A program made the translations under genes and the position numbers. A DNA stretch of 64,000 nucleotides from Candidatus Dadabacteria bacterium (lineage in GTDB: Bacteria; Desulfobacterota_D; UBA1144; Nemesobacterales; CSP1-2). The stretch lies in NCBI GenBank assembly GCA_963805855.1, contig CAWDVW010000006.1, forward strand, positions 192,001-256,000, written 5' to 3'. Positions 41,401-50,348 of the stretch are shown here, one piece after another. Below the pieces are notes generated by a model. It searched no databases and was not told where the DNA came from. It saw only the letters and a list, made by a program, of their open reading frames with translations. How positions within the stretch are numbered: the stretch's first letter is position 1; each line of letters starts with the position of its first letter.

Positions 41401-41522
41401 AGGATAATAATTGCAGCTATGAAGAATTCTACTATCCCTTTCAGAGCGCGAATCTTTTTTTGTTTCTTTTCTATGTTATCCGAGATTATTTCAATGCGTC
41501 TTGATGAGCTGTTATCTATCAC
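38466..41522 (-). CDS. DUF4175-like large membrane-anchored coiled-coil protein
   Basis: Three N-terminal TM segments, Y.YPAYT, ATDDFGI, A.DNDTVSGPK, long coiled coils, C-terminal P.GY.....RYYE.I. Confidence 0.78.
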   Translation of the reverse strand: MIDNSSSRRIEIISDNIEKKQKKIRALKGIVEFFIAAIIILSLSSVLSFISLNHIFLSLTKILTIIAITICFYKLFLSVLLTKHKIAALSDELDKLSPGLGEDFINARLLKLSLGDTENATGISKDLIIAHIDRVVLRLETSDLSALFAGEKFSRYWKPVTIVLISFLLVILFTPSEYRNFLFSRNMFYFDKRHLLELADIKITYDYPAYTHMPSKVALRTDGNIEAIKGTNVTFEATPLKPVNRGKLILEKGVPHAIETKKQNVKANFVVVTDDTYYIEDQSNGTRSRDFRIKSLEDFDPEVKIDHPQSEANLAGVNEQLEISYRATDDFGISKIILEWESSKGVGSKTIEQVKTETKSKEGEFLWDLQGIEAEPYETINVKLKAYDNDTVSGPKTGESNVIKVTLSNPNKTHEDAMSIAEMLQEQLLEILADEIDNSRFTDNPLFKNKNLENAASEEETRRNGKDEMLITQNFQQTITSKIKNALSSLDNELVKMKNDEQSDYTHFIGLSNMKTRIEDLYFDRVQLSSSLAPNYFSRLDNQITREINEFEDDILFLDSMLKGEKLRQSLNIGAKMEDEYDNLKALLEQFNQNNDEKTRREIEKKIEYLKNQISLLAQNLSELSGDLQREFLNHDAFPSIDLDEKLNNILKEALNGEMGDALELLEDFRNSMQDMIASLESGLKSYRTASLSTEMMKLNDFISRLNNIEKEEKALKLITQNHKETLLDSTTNGNLRDFVDNEREKIEMLENYLLEMKSKSSPVLPDHGIFQYHQLFDRILDQTDELSKWLEAFEFREALTLSKEVEERINGISDLSKLGYGGMENLSKQRYKSELLAKEIHNDLENLLKSEKKESNTQYLAQRQNEIRGESTRFANELRNSQNEPSLPPAIGDSLDEARDFMGGALKNLEENELSRAISNQEEAIKSLKKARSQSEDLLKDFMLSSNGAGKSVPLVLGKNQSQGSSLGVDTSNVEIPKPQDSNAQQYFKEKILDATKEGSPEGYSDLNKRYYERIIK

Positions 41523-41624
41523 AGGGAATAAATTCTACACTAGAGATCGGTCTAAGAAAAATTGGAAAGAACCGGTTATTCATGATAAGATAATTCCCCT
41601 TGGCGGCTTGTACATGGATTTCCA

Positions 41625-42047
41625 ATGGATGATAAAACACTTCTAACAAAAAGGGTCGGTTTTGCTGCGTCGCATCGCTACTGGAATCCCCAGTGGACTG
41701 AAGAGAGGAATCGATCCGTTTTCGGCAAATGTACGAGTAAGTATGGACATGGGCACAATTATATCCTGGAGGTTACGATTGAGGGCGAGGTTGATCCCGA
41801 AACGGGAATGATAATTAACCTATATGACTTAAAACCGATGATAGACGATGTTCTTAAGGATTTTGACCATAAGGATCTGAACGATGATAACATCTATTTT
41901 CGGGATAGAATTCCAACAACTGAAAATATCGCACGAGTATTTTGGGAACTGATTGGAAAACAGCTCGGAAAAGACGCGAAGTGTAGACTGCATAGAGTAA
42001 GACTCTACGAGACACCTGATCTGTTTGTGGATTACAGGGTGGTATGA
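41625..42047 (+). CDS. 6-pyruvoyl-tetrahydropterin synthase family protein, copy 1 (CX5HGH type)
   Basis: FAASHR, GKCTSKYGHGHNY, TGM.I, FDHK.LN, PTTEN.A, L.ET. Confidence 0.88.
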   Translation: MDDKTLLTKRVGFAASHRYWNPQWTEERNRSVFGKCTSKYGHGHNYILEVTIEGEVDPETGMIINLYDLKPMIDDVLKDFDHKDLNDDNIYFRDRIPTTENIARVFWELIGKQLGKDAKCRLHRVRLYETPDLFVDYRVV

Positions 42048-42472
42048 TGCCGAGAGAGATTTGTAGTATAACAAGAGTCTATCACTTCTCCGCGGGACAT
42101 AGACTATATCGAAAAGATGTTTCGGAGGACGAAAATTTGCGAATTTTTGGGAAATGCACCAATCCTAAAGGGCATGGACACGATTATTATTTAGAGGTAG
42201 GCGTTAGCGGGGATATCGATCCGGATACAGGAATGATCATAAACATCGGTGAGCTGGATGAGATAGCGAGGGAAGTCATCGATGAATTAGACCACAAAAG
42301 GCTTGATATTGAAGTTCCCTATTTTACGGATGTACAACCGTCCGGAGAGAACATAGTGAGGTATTTTTGGTCGAAACTTAAGCCAAGGATAAAAAAAGGT
42401 AAACTCAGTTCTTTGAAGCTCTGGGAAACGCAAAATAACTATTTCGAGTATTTTGAGGAGGAAGTTTTATAA
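42044..42472 (+). CDS. 6-pyruvoyl-tetrahydropterin synthase family protein, copy 2 (CX5HGH type)
   Basis: [43 protein letters not shown] overlap with copy 1. Confidence 0.88.
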   Translation: MMPREICSITRVYHFSAGHRLYRKDVSEDENLRIFGKCTNPKGHGHDYYLEVGVSGDIDPDTGMIINIGELDEIAREVIDELDHKRLDIEVPYFTDVQPSGENIVRYFWSKLKPRIKKGKLSSLKLWETQNNYFEYFEEEVL

Positions 42473-42473
42473 A

Positions 42474-43025
42474 ATGAGCATAGCGACGGCCGTGAGAGAG
42501 ATTCTTACTGAGATTGGAGAGGATCCGGACAGACAGGGACTTCAAAATACCCCTGATAGAGTTGCCAGGATGTATAAAGAGCTTACGGCAGGCTATCTGA
42601 TCTCACCTCAACAAATCATAAACGGTGCTATCTACGATATTAGGTACGATGAAATGGTTGTAGTAAGGGACATTGAGTTTTACAGCCTTTGCGAACATCA
42701 TCTGCTCCCCTTTTTTGGTAAGTGCAGCGTTGCATATATCCCAGATGGAAAAGTAATAGGACTTAGCAAGATACCAAGGGTTATTGAGATCTTTGCACGA
42801 CGTCTTCAGATTCAAGAGGCAATGACCGTTCAGATTGCGGATTTTTTAAATGATATTCTTAAGCCCCAGGGTGTAGCCGTCGTTGCAGAAGCTTATCATC
42901 TATGCATGGCGATGAGGGGGGTTGAGAAGTCTGAGGCTAGCATGCTGACCAGCTCAATGCGAGGGGTATTTAAAAAGGACGAGAGAACAAGAATAGAATT
43001 TTTAAGCTTGATAGGTAAGCGTTGA
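42474..43025 (+). CDS. folE: GTP cyclohydrolase I
   Basis: [28 protein letters not shown]...FARRLQ.QE, HLCM.MRGV; ATG 42474 after GGAGG. Confidence 0.96.
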   Translation: MSIATAVREILTEIGEDPDRQGLQNTPDRVARMYKELTAGYLISPQQIINGAIYDIRYDEMVVVRDIEFYSLCEHHLLPFFGKCSVAYIPDGKVIGLSKIPRVIEIFARRLQIQEAMTVQIADFLNDILKPQGVAVVAEAYHLCMAMRGVEKSEASMLTSSMRGVFKKDERTRIEFLSLIGKR

Positions 43026-43729
43026 TGCCAAGAGAGGTAGCAGTAGTTACCGGGGCTGGAAGGGGTATAGGGAAAGAGATTGCGATTAATCTTTCAAAGG
43101 AGGGTTTTTTCGTTGTTATCTGTTCAAGGACCTCTAGACAGATTACGGAAGTCGGGCGGGAGATACTAGATAATGGAGGAGAAGGAATGGCTTTGTGCTG
43201 TGATATTGGAGTTGAGGATGAGGTAGTAAAGTTTATCGATGAAGTCTCAGAGGTCACCGGCCGAATAGACATACTGGTAAACAACGCCGGTATTGCTTAT
43301 AGTGAACCAATCACAAAGATTGATTCTTCAAAATGGGAAGAGATAATAAGAGTTAACCTCACAGGCACCTTTTTGATGACTAAGTATGCTTTAAAACATA
43401 TGGGGTATGGAAGTCATATATTTAACGTCATCTCTAATGCGGGTAAGACGGGTTTTCCTAATTGGTCTGCTTACTGTGCTTCGAAGTTTGGCGTTCTCGG
43501 ATTTACGAATTCAATTAGAGAGGAACTGAGGGATCGGAGTATAAAGGTGACGGCCGTTCTTCCAGGTCCTACAGACACACCGCTGTGGGAGGGCATTGAA
43601 GGGGTATGGGATAGGGAAAGAATGATGAAACCAGACGCTGTAGCGGATATGATTATTAGCATCTACAAGCAGCCCGAGGATGTTGTGACTGAAGAGGTAT
43701 TTATTATGCCCAGAGGGGGGGCTTTTTAG
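43022..43729 (+). CDS. Short-chain dehydrogenase/reductase (possibly pterin/sepiapterin reductase)
   Basis: [17 protein letters not shown] catalytic motif; overlaps the folE stop. Confidence 0.85.
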   Translation: MMPREVAVVTGAGRGIGKEIAINLSKEGFFVVICSRTSRQITEVGREILDNGGEGMALCCDIGVEDEVVKFIDEVSEVTGRIDILVNNAGIAYSEPITKIDSSKWEEIIRVNLTGTFLMTKYALKHMGYGSHIFNVISNAGKTGFPNWSAYCASKFGVLGFTNSIREELRDRSIKVTAVLPGPTDTPLWEGIEGVWDRERMMKPDAVADMIISIYKQPEDVVTEEVFIMPRGGAF

Positions 43730-43813
43730 TGGTTATTTTTGATGATAAGATTTATTGGTGAAATTTATCAAAATCCTTAGCATACTATTCATGTTTGAGG
43801 GTAAGATATTAAA

Positions 43814-45136
43814 ATGCATCGGATCGTAGTTGTAGGGCTGGATTATAAGTCTGCTCCTGTAGAACTCAGAGAGCGTTTAGCCTTCTCACAATCCATGTTG
43901 GAATTGGGTCTCGAAAAGCTGTGTGTGAAAAGAAGTGTCCAGGAGTGCGTGATCTTATCTACCTGCAACCGTGTGGAGGTGTATTCTGTTTCCGACAATA
44001 TTGACGAATGTGTTGAAAGTATAAGGGAGTTTCTCTCGGAGTTTCACGGGGTATCATTGGATTCGTTTGCTCACTTGCTCAATATCTCCATCGGACACAT
44101 GGCAATAAGGCATTTATTCAGTGTGGCTTCCAGCATAGACTCTATGGTTATTGGAGAGCCTCAAATACTTGGGCAGGTAAAACAGGCATACAAGTCAGCC
44201 GTTCTTAAGCAGACAGTCGGATTAATCTTGAATCGACTGTTTCATACCGCTTTTTTCGTAGCCAAAAAGGTCAGGGCTCAGACCAAAATAGGCACCCAGG
44301 CGGTTTCGGTAAGTTATGTTGCTGTAGAGCTTGCAAAGAGGATATTTGATGACCTGTCAAAAAGAAGAGTCATGCTGATCGGTGCTGGAGATATGGGCGA
44401 GCTTGCCGCTCTGCATCTAATTAACAGCGGTATAAAGGACTTAACTATTGCAAGTCGGCGGTATGACAATTCGGAAGCGCTTGCAAGTAAACTTAATGGA
44501 ACCCCGATAAGTATGGACGAGGTTTATTATTTTCTGAGGGAAACTGACATAGTAATAACCGCTACCGGGTCGTCTGAGTATGTTATTAAACCCCACCATA
44601 TGCGGGAAGCCCTCAAGCTGAGAAATAATGAGCCAATTTTTATGATTGATATTGCGGTTCCACGCGATATCGATCCGAGGGTTGAAGAAATATCAAACAT
44701 CTATCTTTACGATATTGATGATCTGCGAAGCGTAACGGATGAAAATATGGAGTCCAGGCGGGAAAATGCCAAATTGGCCGAAGAAATCGTACTTCAAACC
44801 GAAAGAAACTTCCAAAGGTGGCTCAATGGTTTGAAGGTGGTGCCGACAATAGTTAAGCTGAGGAATAAGATCGAGATTATTAAGGAAGCGGAATTAAGAA
44901 GGGCACTCGATAAGTTGGGAAGAGATGATGAAAAGGTAAGGATTATAATTGAAAGCATGGCTTCGGGAATCGTTGGAAAGATACTTCATGATCCGTTGAC
45001 AAATTTAAAGAAGGAATCCTCTACGTCTTTGGGGGCCCTATATATGGATTCAATGCAAAAATTATTTGAGCTCGACACTGAATTTAAGATCTTTGAAGAA
45101 GAGGAAGATGAAGCAGACGTTAAGGATTGGGAGTAG
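43814..45136 (+). CDS. hemA: Glutamyl-tRNA reductase
   Basis: LSTCNRVE, DSMVIGEPQILGQVK, GAGDMG, DIAVPRDI. Confidence 0.96.
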   Translation: MHRIVVVGLDYKSAPVELRERLAFSQSMLELGLEKLCVKRSVQECVILSTCNRVEVYSVSDNIDECVESIREFLSEFHGVSLDSFAHLLNISIGHMAIRHLFSVASSIDSMVIGEPQILGQVKQAYKSAVLKQTVGLILNRLFHTAFFVAKKVRAQTKIGTQAVSVSYVAVELAKRIFDDLSKRRVMLIGAGDMGELAALHLINSGIKDLTIASRRYDNSEALASKLNGTPISMDEVYYFLRETDIVITATGSSEYVIKPHHMREALKLRNNEPIFMIDIAVPRDIDPRVEEISNIYLYDIDDLRSVTDENMESRRENAKLAEEIVLQTERNFQRWLNGLKVVPTIVKLRNKIEIIKEAELRRALDKLGRDDEKVRIIIESMASGIVGKILHDPLTNLKKESSTSLGALYMDSMQKLFELDTEFKIFEEEEDEADVKDWE

Positions 45137-46031
45137 GGGTAGTAAGCTTGCGCTCTGGCAAGCTGGTTTTATAGAGTCTCTCATAAGTAGTAAATTCCCC
45201 GAATTAAAAACCAAAAAGCATATTATAAAAACCACCGGAGATAAGGAGTTAGATTCTCCCCTTTCGGTAATAGGGGGCAAAGGGGTATTTGTTAAGGAGA
45301 TTGAAGAGTCACTTCTTAAACGTGAAATAGATATCGCGGTTCATAGCCTGAAGGATTTACCGACTGTCCAACCAGATGGGCTTAAAATTGGGGCAGTCGC
45401 AAAAAGGCACGATCCAAGGGACGCTGTAGCATCGAATGCGAGATTAAAATTATCCCAGCTTAAAAAAGGATCAAGGGTTGGGACTGGTAGTCTGAGGCGT
45501 CAAGCACAGATACTTTATCATTTCCCTTATTTAAAAATAGCTCCGATCAGAGGGAATGTTGATACTAGAATAAGGAAGTTAAAAAATGGCGGCTTTGACG
45601 CTATCGTTCTTGCGGTCGCAGGGCTTGAGAGGCTGAATTTAGTTGAGGAACTTACAGAAATCTGTCCAGTCGATTTTCTTATACCGGCCCCGGGACAGGG
45701 TATTTTAGCTGTCGAATGCAGAGAAAACGATGATGACTTAAATGAAATCCTCTCAGAAATTAATCACCTCGATACAAGTATAGCTGCCTCGGCGGAAAGA
45801 TCGTTTCTTCTGAGAATTGGTGGAGACTGCAACATCCCTGCGGGGTGTTATGCTTCGATTATAGACGAGAGCCTCAGTGTATTAGGTTTCCTTGCCTCCC
45901 CCGATGGCGCAGACTTGGTAAGAAAGGAGATACAGGGTCCACTCGGGGATCATAAATCTCTGGGGAATGAGCTTGCAGAAAAAATACTTTCGGATGGCGG
46001 GAATAAAATCATATCAAAGCTTACCGCGTAA
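45108..46031 (+). CDS. hemC: Hydroxymethylbilane synthase (porphobilinogen deaminase)
   Basis: IGSRGS.LALWQ, GKGVFVKE, AVHSLKD, GTGSLRR, RGNVDTR, ER..L...GGDC; ATG 45108. Confidence 0.96.
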   Translation: MKQTLRIGSRGSKLALWQAGFIESLISSKFPELKTKKHIIKTTGDKELDSPLSVIGGKGVFVKEIEESLLKREIDIAVHSLKDLPTVQPDGLKIGAVAKRHDPRDAVASNARLKLSQLKKGSRVGTGSLRRQAQILYHFPYLKIAPIRGNVDTRIRKLKNGGFDAIVLAVAGLERLNLVEELTEICPVDFLIPAPGQGILAVECRENDDDLNEILSEINHLDTSIAASAERSFLLRIGGDCNIPAGCYASIIDESLSVLGFLASPDGADLVRKEIQGPLGDHKSLGNELAEKILSDGGNKIISKLTA

Positions 46032-46046
46032 TTTAAAGAAAATCAG

Positions 46047-46090
46047 AAAAACATGGGGACTGTACCTCCGTGGACTGTCCCCATGTTTTT
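46047..46090. terminator. Bidirectional terminator-like hairpin after hemC
   Basis: AAAAACATGGGGAC / GTCCCCATGTTTTT 14-bp inverted repeat. Confidence 0.7.
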
Positions 46091-46096
46091 ATCTTA

Positions 46097-46360
46097 TGTA
46101 GCGGAGGACTTTAGTCCTCCATAAAATCAATGGAATGGAACCATATCGGGACAAGAACGTCCCGCCTATCCTGTTTCGATTATTAAAAATCGATAGGCGA
46201 GGTTTTCCAACCTCGCAAGGTCAAGTCACGAGTCTTGCTCCCATTCTGTCTTTGCGAGGAGTTTTATCCCGAAGCAATCTCATCTTTTTCGTGTTATTTT
46301 AGATTGCGTCCTCTTTGGGAGTAGGTTACGAGTCCCTTCGATCTAACTCAGGGCAGGCTT
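46097..46360. repeat. REP-like repeat mosaic
   Basis: GGAGGACTTTAGTCCTCC palindrome; GATAGGCG.GGTTTTCCAACC.CGC (also near 53900); family A unit 46246-46283; CCCTTCGATCTAACT (inverted near 48355-48369). Confidence 0.7.
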
Positions 46361-46498
46361 GCTCGTGAAATAATCGATATCTTTGTTCTTTGACCGGCTG
46401 CGGCGGTGTTATTCTCTATGTCTATAAATTAGAATAATTTCATTTATTTGGTTACTCATAAGTTTTAATGATACAATATTTTGCTAAAGGAGCTACCC

Positions 46499-47323
46499 AT
46501 GTTATCTAATAACGGCCAAGAAATTGAATTTGCATTCTTAGACATAGAGACAACCGGACTCGATCCGTTCTTGGGCGATAAGATGTGTGAGATCGCGATC
46601 TTAAAAACAAGGGGATATAAGGTGTTGGACAGGCTTGCGACCCTTGTTAATCCAGGAATATCCATTCCTCCCAGGGCTTCGTCTATTAACAGAATAACAG
46701 ATGATATGGTAAGAAAAGCTCCATTCTTCAGAAATATTGCTTTTAAGGTTAAGGATTTCTTGCAAGATTCAATAATAGTAGCCCACAATGCCAGGTTCGA
46801 CCTGGCATTTTTATTCATTGAATTCAACAACCTTAAACTATCACCGCCTGAAAATACGGTGCTGGATACATTGAAAATTGCTAGAAGGTATTATGATTTC
46901 CCAAGCAATAATCTTGGTGATATTGCAAGGTACATTGGCATTTCCACTTTAAGCGAACACAGGGCATTCGCCGATGTCAGGATCACTAAAGACGTCTTCG
47001 AGTTTTTTATAAGTGATTTGACGCGGAGAGGAATCAGGATCAAGAGCCTAAAGGACATCCTGAAACTCCAGGGCGAGCCTCTGAAATTCGACCGGCCGAG
47101 TGAAGTAGTCCTTCCGCAGGCAATCGAGGGGGCACTAAGGACGAAAGGAAAGTTGCAGATAACTTACCTATCGGCTTACAGTGATTTCACCACTACAAGG
47201 ATCATTGAGCCAATAGAGGTAAATCTAAGGAAAAGTAACACGTACTTATTGGCTTATTGCCACCTGAGAAAGGAGAGGTGCAGTTTCAGGCTCGATCGGA
47301 TTCTCGAGGTAAAAAGTGTTTGA
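46499..47323 (+). CDS. DEDDh 3'-5' exonuclease (DnaQ-like) fused to a C-terminal WYL domain
   Basis: DIETTG, VAHNARFD, DTL, HRA..D; C-terminal I.Y......T.R.IEP......YLLAYCHLRKE.CSFRLDRI; ATG 46499 after AAGGAG. Confidence 0.88.
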   Translation: MLSNNGQEIEFAFLDIETTGLDPFLGDKMCEIAILKTRGYKVLDRLATLVNPGISIPPRASSINRITDDMVRKAPFFRNIAFKVKDFLQDSIIVAHNARFDLAFLFIEFNNLKLSPPENTVLDTLKIARRYYDFPSNNLGDIARYIGISTLSEHRAFADVRITKDVFEFFISDLTRRGIRIKSLKDILKLQGEPLKFDRPSEVVLPQAIEGALRTKGKLQITYLSAYSDFTTTRIIEPIEVNLRKSNTYLLAYCHLRKERCSFRLDRILEVKSV

Positions 47324-47394
47324 TAATGAATTAAACCAAACATTTCCCCTCCTGTCATCGGGGAATATCTCAGAGTAGGCGCGCGGAATTTTGA

Positions 47395-47755
47395 AATCTC
47401 CTCCCCCTATTCCTATAGGGGGAGGATTAAGGTGGGGGTAAACATTTTAACGGATGAATTCCCTTTATCGCGACCGAGCTACTCGTTTAATGTACGTAGC
47501 GGATCGCTTCGATATCCTCGCGATGACAGGCGATCTCACCACCTGTCATTCCCGCGGATTGTAGGCGGGAATCCAGAAAAACTTATGGGTGCCCGATTAA
47601 GCTTGTCCTCGCATGTTGCTGGGCGGGACTAAGTCGGAATGCCGGTTTGCTCCTATTCCGTCTTTGCGAGGAGCTTTACCCCGAAGCAATCTCATCTTTT
47701 TCCTGTTGTAGATTGCTTTGCCCCCCTCGATTTTTCTAAGGGCTCTCGCAACGAC
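47395..47755. repeat. Composite palindromic repeat mosaic (families B and A)
   Basis: Family B 47395-47438; TGTCATTCCCGC..GCGGGAATCC; family A 47658-47695 with partner GATTGCTTTG...CTCGCAACGAC; same order as 30051-30420. Confidence 0.8.
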
Positions 47756-47790
47756 GCGAGAATTTTCTTTTATGTCCGGGGTTATCTGGT

Positions 47791-48114
47791 TTATTTTTCG
47801 GATTCTGTAGGTGCAGGTGTTACCCCTATCTTTAACTCTATCACTTCAGCTTCTAAACGCTTTTTTTCAGCTAATAATTTTTGTTTCTCAAATGTTAGCT
47901 GATCTACGTCTTTTTGTAATTTTTCTACTTCTATCCGAAGCTCTTCTATGCTCTTCTTGAGTATATCGGTATCGGCTTTAGTCTCTTCAAGTTGGGTTTT
48001 TGTCGTTTCGTATGCTTCCTTTTGAACTTTTTCGGGCTTCTCCTTGCATCCTGGGGTGAACGATAATACAAAAAGCATAAAGATTGCGGTTACTACTGTC
48101 GTAAAATTTTTCAT
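47791..48114 (-). CDS. Coiled-coil lipoprotein
   Basis: GAGGAGG RBS, signal peptide ending TPGC, long heptad coiled coil. Confidence 0.7.
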   Translation of the reverse strand: MKNFTTVVTAIFMLFVLSFTPGCKEKPEKVQKEAYETTKTQLEETKADTDILKKSIEELRIEVEKLQKDVDQLTFEKQKLLAEKKRLEAEVIELKIGVTPAPTESEK

Positions 48115-48512
48115 TAGCCCTATCCTCCTCAACGTGTTTGAAAAAATAACTTATATTTATTATTAATAAAAGTCAACAAATTGCTTGAATAGTGTCATTT
48201 AAAAATTAAAGTTGCACACTCTTAAAGCCATATTAGGAGTATGTAAAAAGGGTGACGCATTGGTCACCACGACTTATTCATGGATTTCTTGATGCCGACC
48301 ATTACCCGGCCGTTCGTCCTGACCTGTCCTGAGCTTGACGAAGGGCCTTCCCTTAGTTAGATCGAAGGGCCCGTCGAAGCAAACGGCTGGGGCGTATTAT
48401 TGATTGGTGGATAAAAGGATTGAATTTGTTTAATGTGAAGATACGGCCCCGTCTAAAGCTTTATTCTATATGTAAGGTTGTTGTTTTCTTAAATCTGAGT
48501 TAAATTGGTAAT

Positions 48513-48737
48513 ATGAAACGCATTATTCAGTTTAAAATTTACACAGGTGAAAATTACTATATTGGCGAATGTGTTGATTTACCTATTGTAACCCAAGGCA
48601 AAACCCTTGACGAAGTAGTAGCCAATATTAAGGAGGCCTTGAGTCTTCATTTAGAAGGAGAAGACCTCTCCGATCTAGATCTGGCTTCAGATCCCTCGGT
48701 CTTGGTGAATTTTGAGTTGGAAATGGCTCATGCCTAA
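48513..48737 (+). CDS. hicB: HicB family antitoxin (short form)
   Basis: Y..EC.DLP.VTQGKTLDE...NIKEAL.LHLE. Confidence 0.85.
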   Translation: MKRIIQFKIYTGENYYIGECVDLPIVTQGKTLDEVVANIKEALSLHLEGEDLSDLDLASDPSVLVNFELEMAHA

Positions 48738-48975
48738 GCTGAGAGCTCTTTCTGGATCTGAAGTTGTAACAACCTTTAAGTCTTTTGGATTTAAAATTGC
48801 TTCTCAAAAAGGAAGTCATGTTAAATTACAAAGAATCTTACCCAATGGTATTAAGCAAACCCTTACCATCCCTCTTCATGATGAGTTAGATAAAGGAACA
48901 ATCAAAGCGATCTACCGGCAATCTCTTCGTTATATTCCTGAAAATGAACTAAGAGATTATTTTTATACCTTATAG
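48730..48975 (+). CDS. hicA: HicA family toxin
   Basis: MPKL..LSG.EV......GF...QKGSHVKL......TIP.H.EL.KGT..AI.RQ; ATG 48730 overlaps the hicB end. Confidence 0.87.
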   Translation: MPKLRALSGSEVVTTFKSFGFKIASQKGSHVKLQRILPNGIKQTLTIPLHDELDKGTIKAIYRQSLRYIPENELRDYFYTL

Positions 48976-49325
48976 GGAAGAGAAACCTAACACACTTATT
49001 CGAGTAAACGCCGCGCACAAGGTCACATGAAAATATTAGAAAATGGAGTCTGTTGTAGATGCTCAGTAATTATGTCCCTCTTTTCCAATAACGAAGAAAT
49101 CTTAATTTAACAAATAGAGGAGCTGAACTTTTATCTCTAAAAACCATATAATAATTTATTTAATCAAATAATTGTGTGTCTAAGTAGTGTGTTATCTTAA
49201 ATTTGTGATTTTCATTTTTGAATTAAGTGATCTAAGAAACCTTTTTTGAACGAATAATGAATCACTTACTAATAAGTCGCAAAAAGTTACCGAATTAGTG
49301 AGCTAGTACATCTGTCCCTGCTCTT

Positions 49326-49560
49326 ATGCCTGCTTTTTTTGAGGATCTAACTAAACGTAGTGATCAGGGCTCTTATCGAACAGCAGCGTACCTACTGTGC
49401 AGGGTATCAAATCTCAATATGAGAGCCGTAAGCGACGGATTTAATCTCTCTCCCTCCCGGATATCCAAAATTCAGGGGGAGATTACAAGAGGATATTTTA
49501 GTGATTCAAAGTTGCGAGGGTTAATAAAATGGTATAAGGTTCAGGCCTGGTTCACGGCTA
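49326..49560 (+). pseudogene. Probable C-terminal HTH remnant of a REP-associated tyrosine transposase
   Basis: R..AAYLL.R.SNL....V...F..S.SRISKI resembles the DnaA-C-like HTH tail found on some RAYT proteins; no N-terminal part. Confidence 0.4.
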
Positions 49561-49645
49561 GGCTAGGCGGACTCATCTTCAAGAGATTGAAACGCACTTT
49601 TGCTGATGTATTATAATCGTAACTTGGATCAATAGTTTTTCAGGA

Positions 49646-49888
49646 GTGCTTGTGGTCAAGCTGATGTACAAAATAGGAAAGACCAGCGAAATAGAGCATC
49701 TCATGCTCGATTTTTTGGATGGATTATCGAGAACTGTGGATGAAAGAATAAGCCTGGGATTCATTCCATTGAAGCTACCCGTGGTTGACGATGCAGCATA
49801 TCGGATATTTGAAACGATGAAAGAATACCGCCAGTGGTCAGAGCATAATCTACCTCCCTATTTAGGATATTATCGGCCAAATGATTGA
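49646..49888 (+). CDS. Small hypothetical protein coupled to a nucleotidyltransferase (putative TA partner)
   Basis: AGGAG RBS; C-terminal PV.DD..YR.F.TM.EYR.W...NLP.YLGY; 8-nt overlap with the next gene. Confidence 0.65.
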   Translation: MLVVKLMYKIGKTSEIEHLMLDFLDGLSRTVDERISLGFIPLKLPVVDDAAYRIFETMKEYRQWSEHNLPPYLGYYRPND

Positions 49889-50348
49889 CAGAGCGAGGAA
49901 GGTAGCGGAGATCTTTAAAGAGTATGGGGTTTCCTATTTATTCATTGGAAAATTTGGCGCTATTTTGTATGGGTATCCAGGGACAACTCAGGATATCGAT
50001 ATTTTTCCACTGAAACAGAAGTCAAATTGTGAGAAGCTTGTGAACGCTTTAAGAGAGTTAGGATTCCACTTAGACACGACATTGAAGGAGGCGATTTTGA
50101 AGGGAAAGGATTTTATTCAGATCCGGGGTGGGCCTTTTCCACTAGATATCATTTTTGAGCCCGATGGAATAGATTCTTTTAAAGATGCAAACAAACGTAG
50201 CACACTGATCGGCGGATTATTTCTTTGCGCTTCGATGGATGACATTATAGAGAGTAAAAAAGCCGCTGGTCGCCAGAGAGATCAGGAAGAATTACCACGA
50301 TTAGAACTGTTCAAAGAAACACTAGAGAAACAGAATAAGAACCTCTGA
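49881..50348 (+). CDS. Nucleotidyltransferase fold protein (DUF6036/AbiEii-like)
   Basis: YLFIG..GA.LYG...TTQDIDI, ..DII.SK.AAGR.RD..L..L. Confidence 0.75.
   Translation: MIDRARKVAEIFKEYGVSYLFIGKFGAILYGYPGTTQDIDIFPLKQKSNCEKLVNALRELGFHLDTTLKEAILKGKDFIQIRGGPFPLDIIFEPDGIDSFKDANKRSTLIGGLFLCASMDDIIESKKAAGRQRDQEELPRLELFKETLEKQNKNL

Noticed and set aside
41625..42472. Labelling the PTPS genes as queD (queuosine or 7-deazaguanine DNA modification)
   Set aside because: Both have C-X5-HGH rather than C-X3-HGH, and no queC/queE/queF/dpd genes are adjacent
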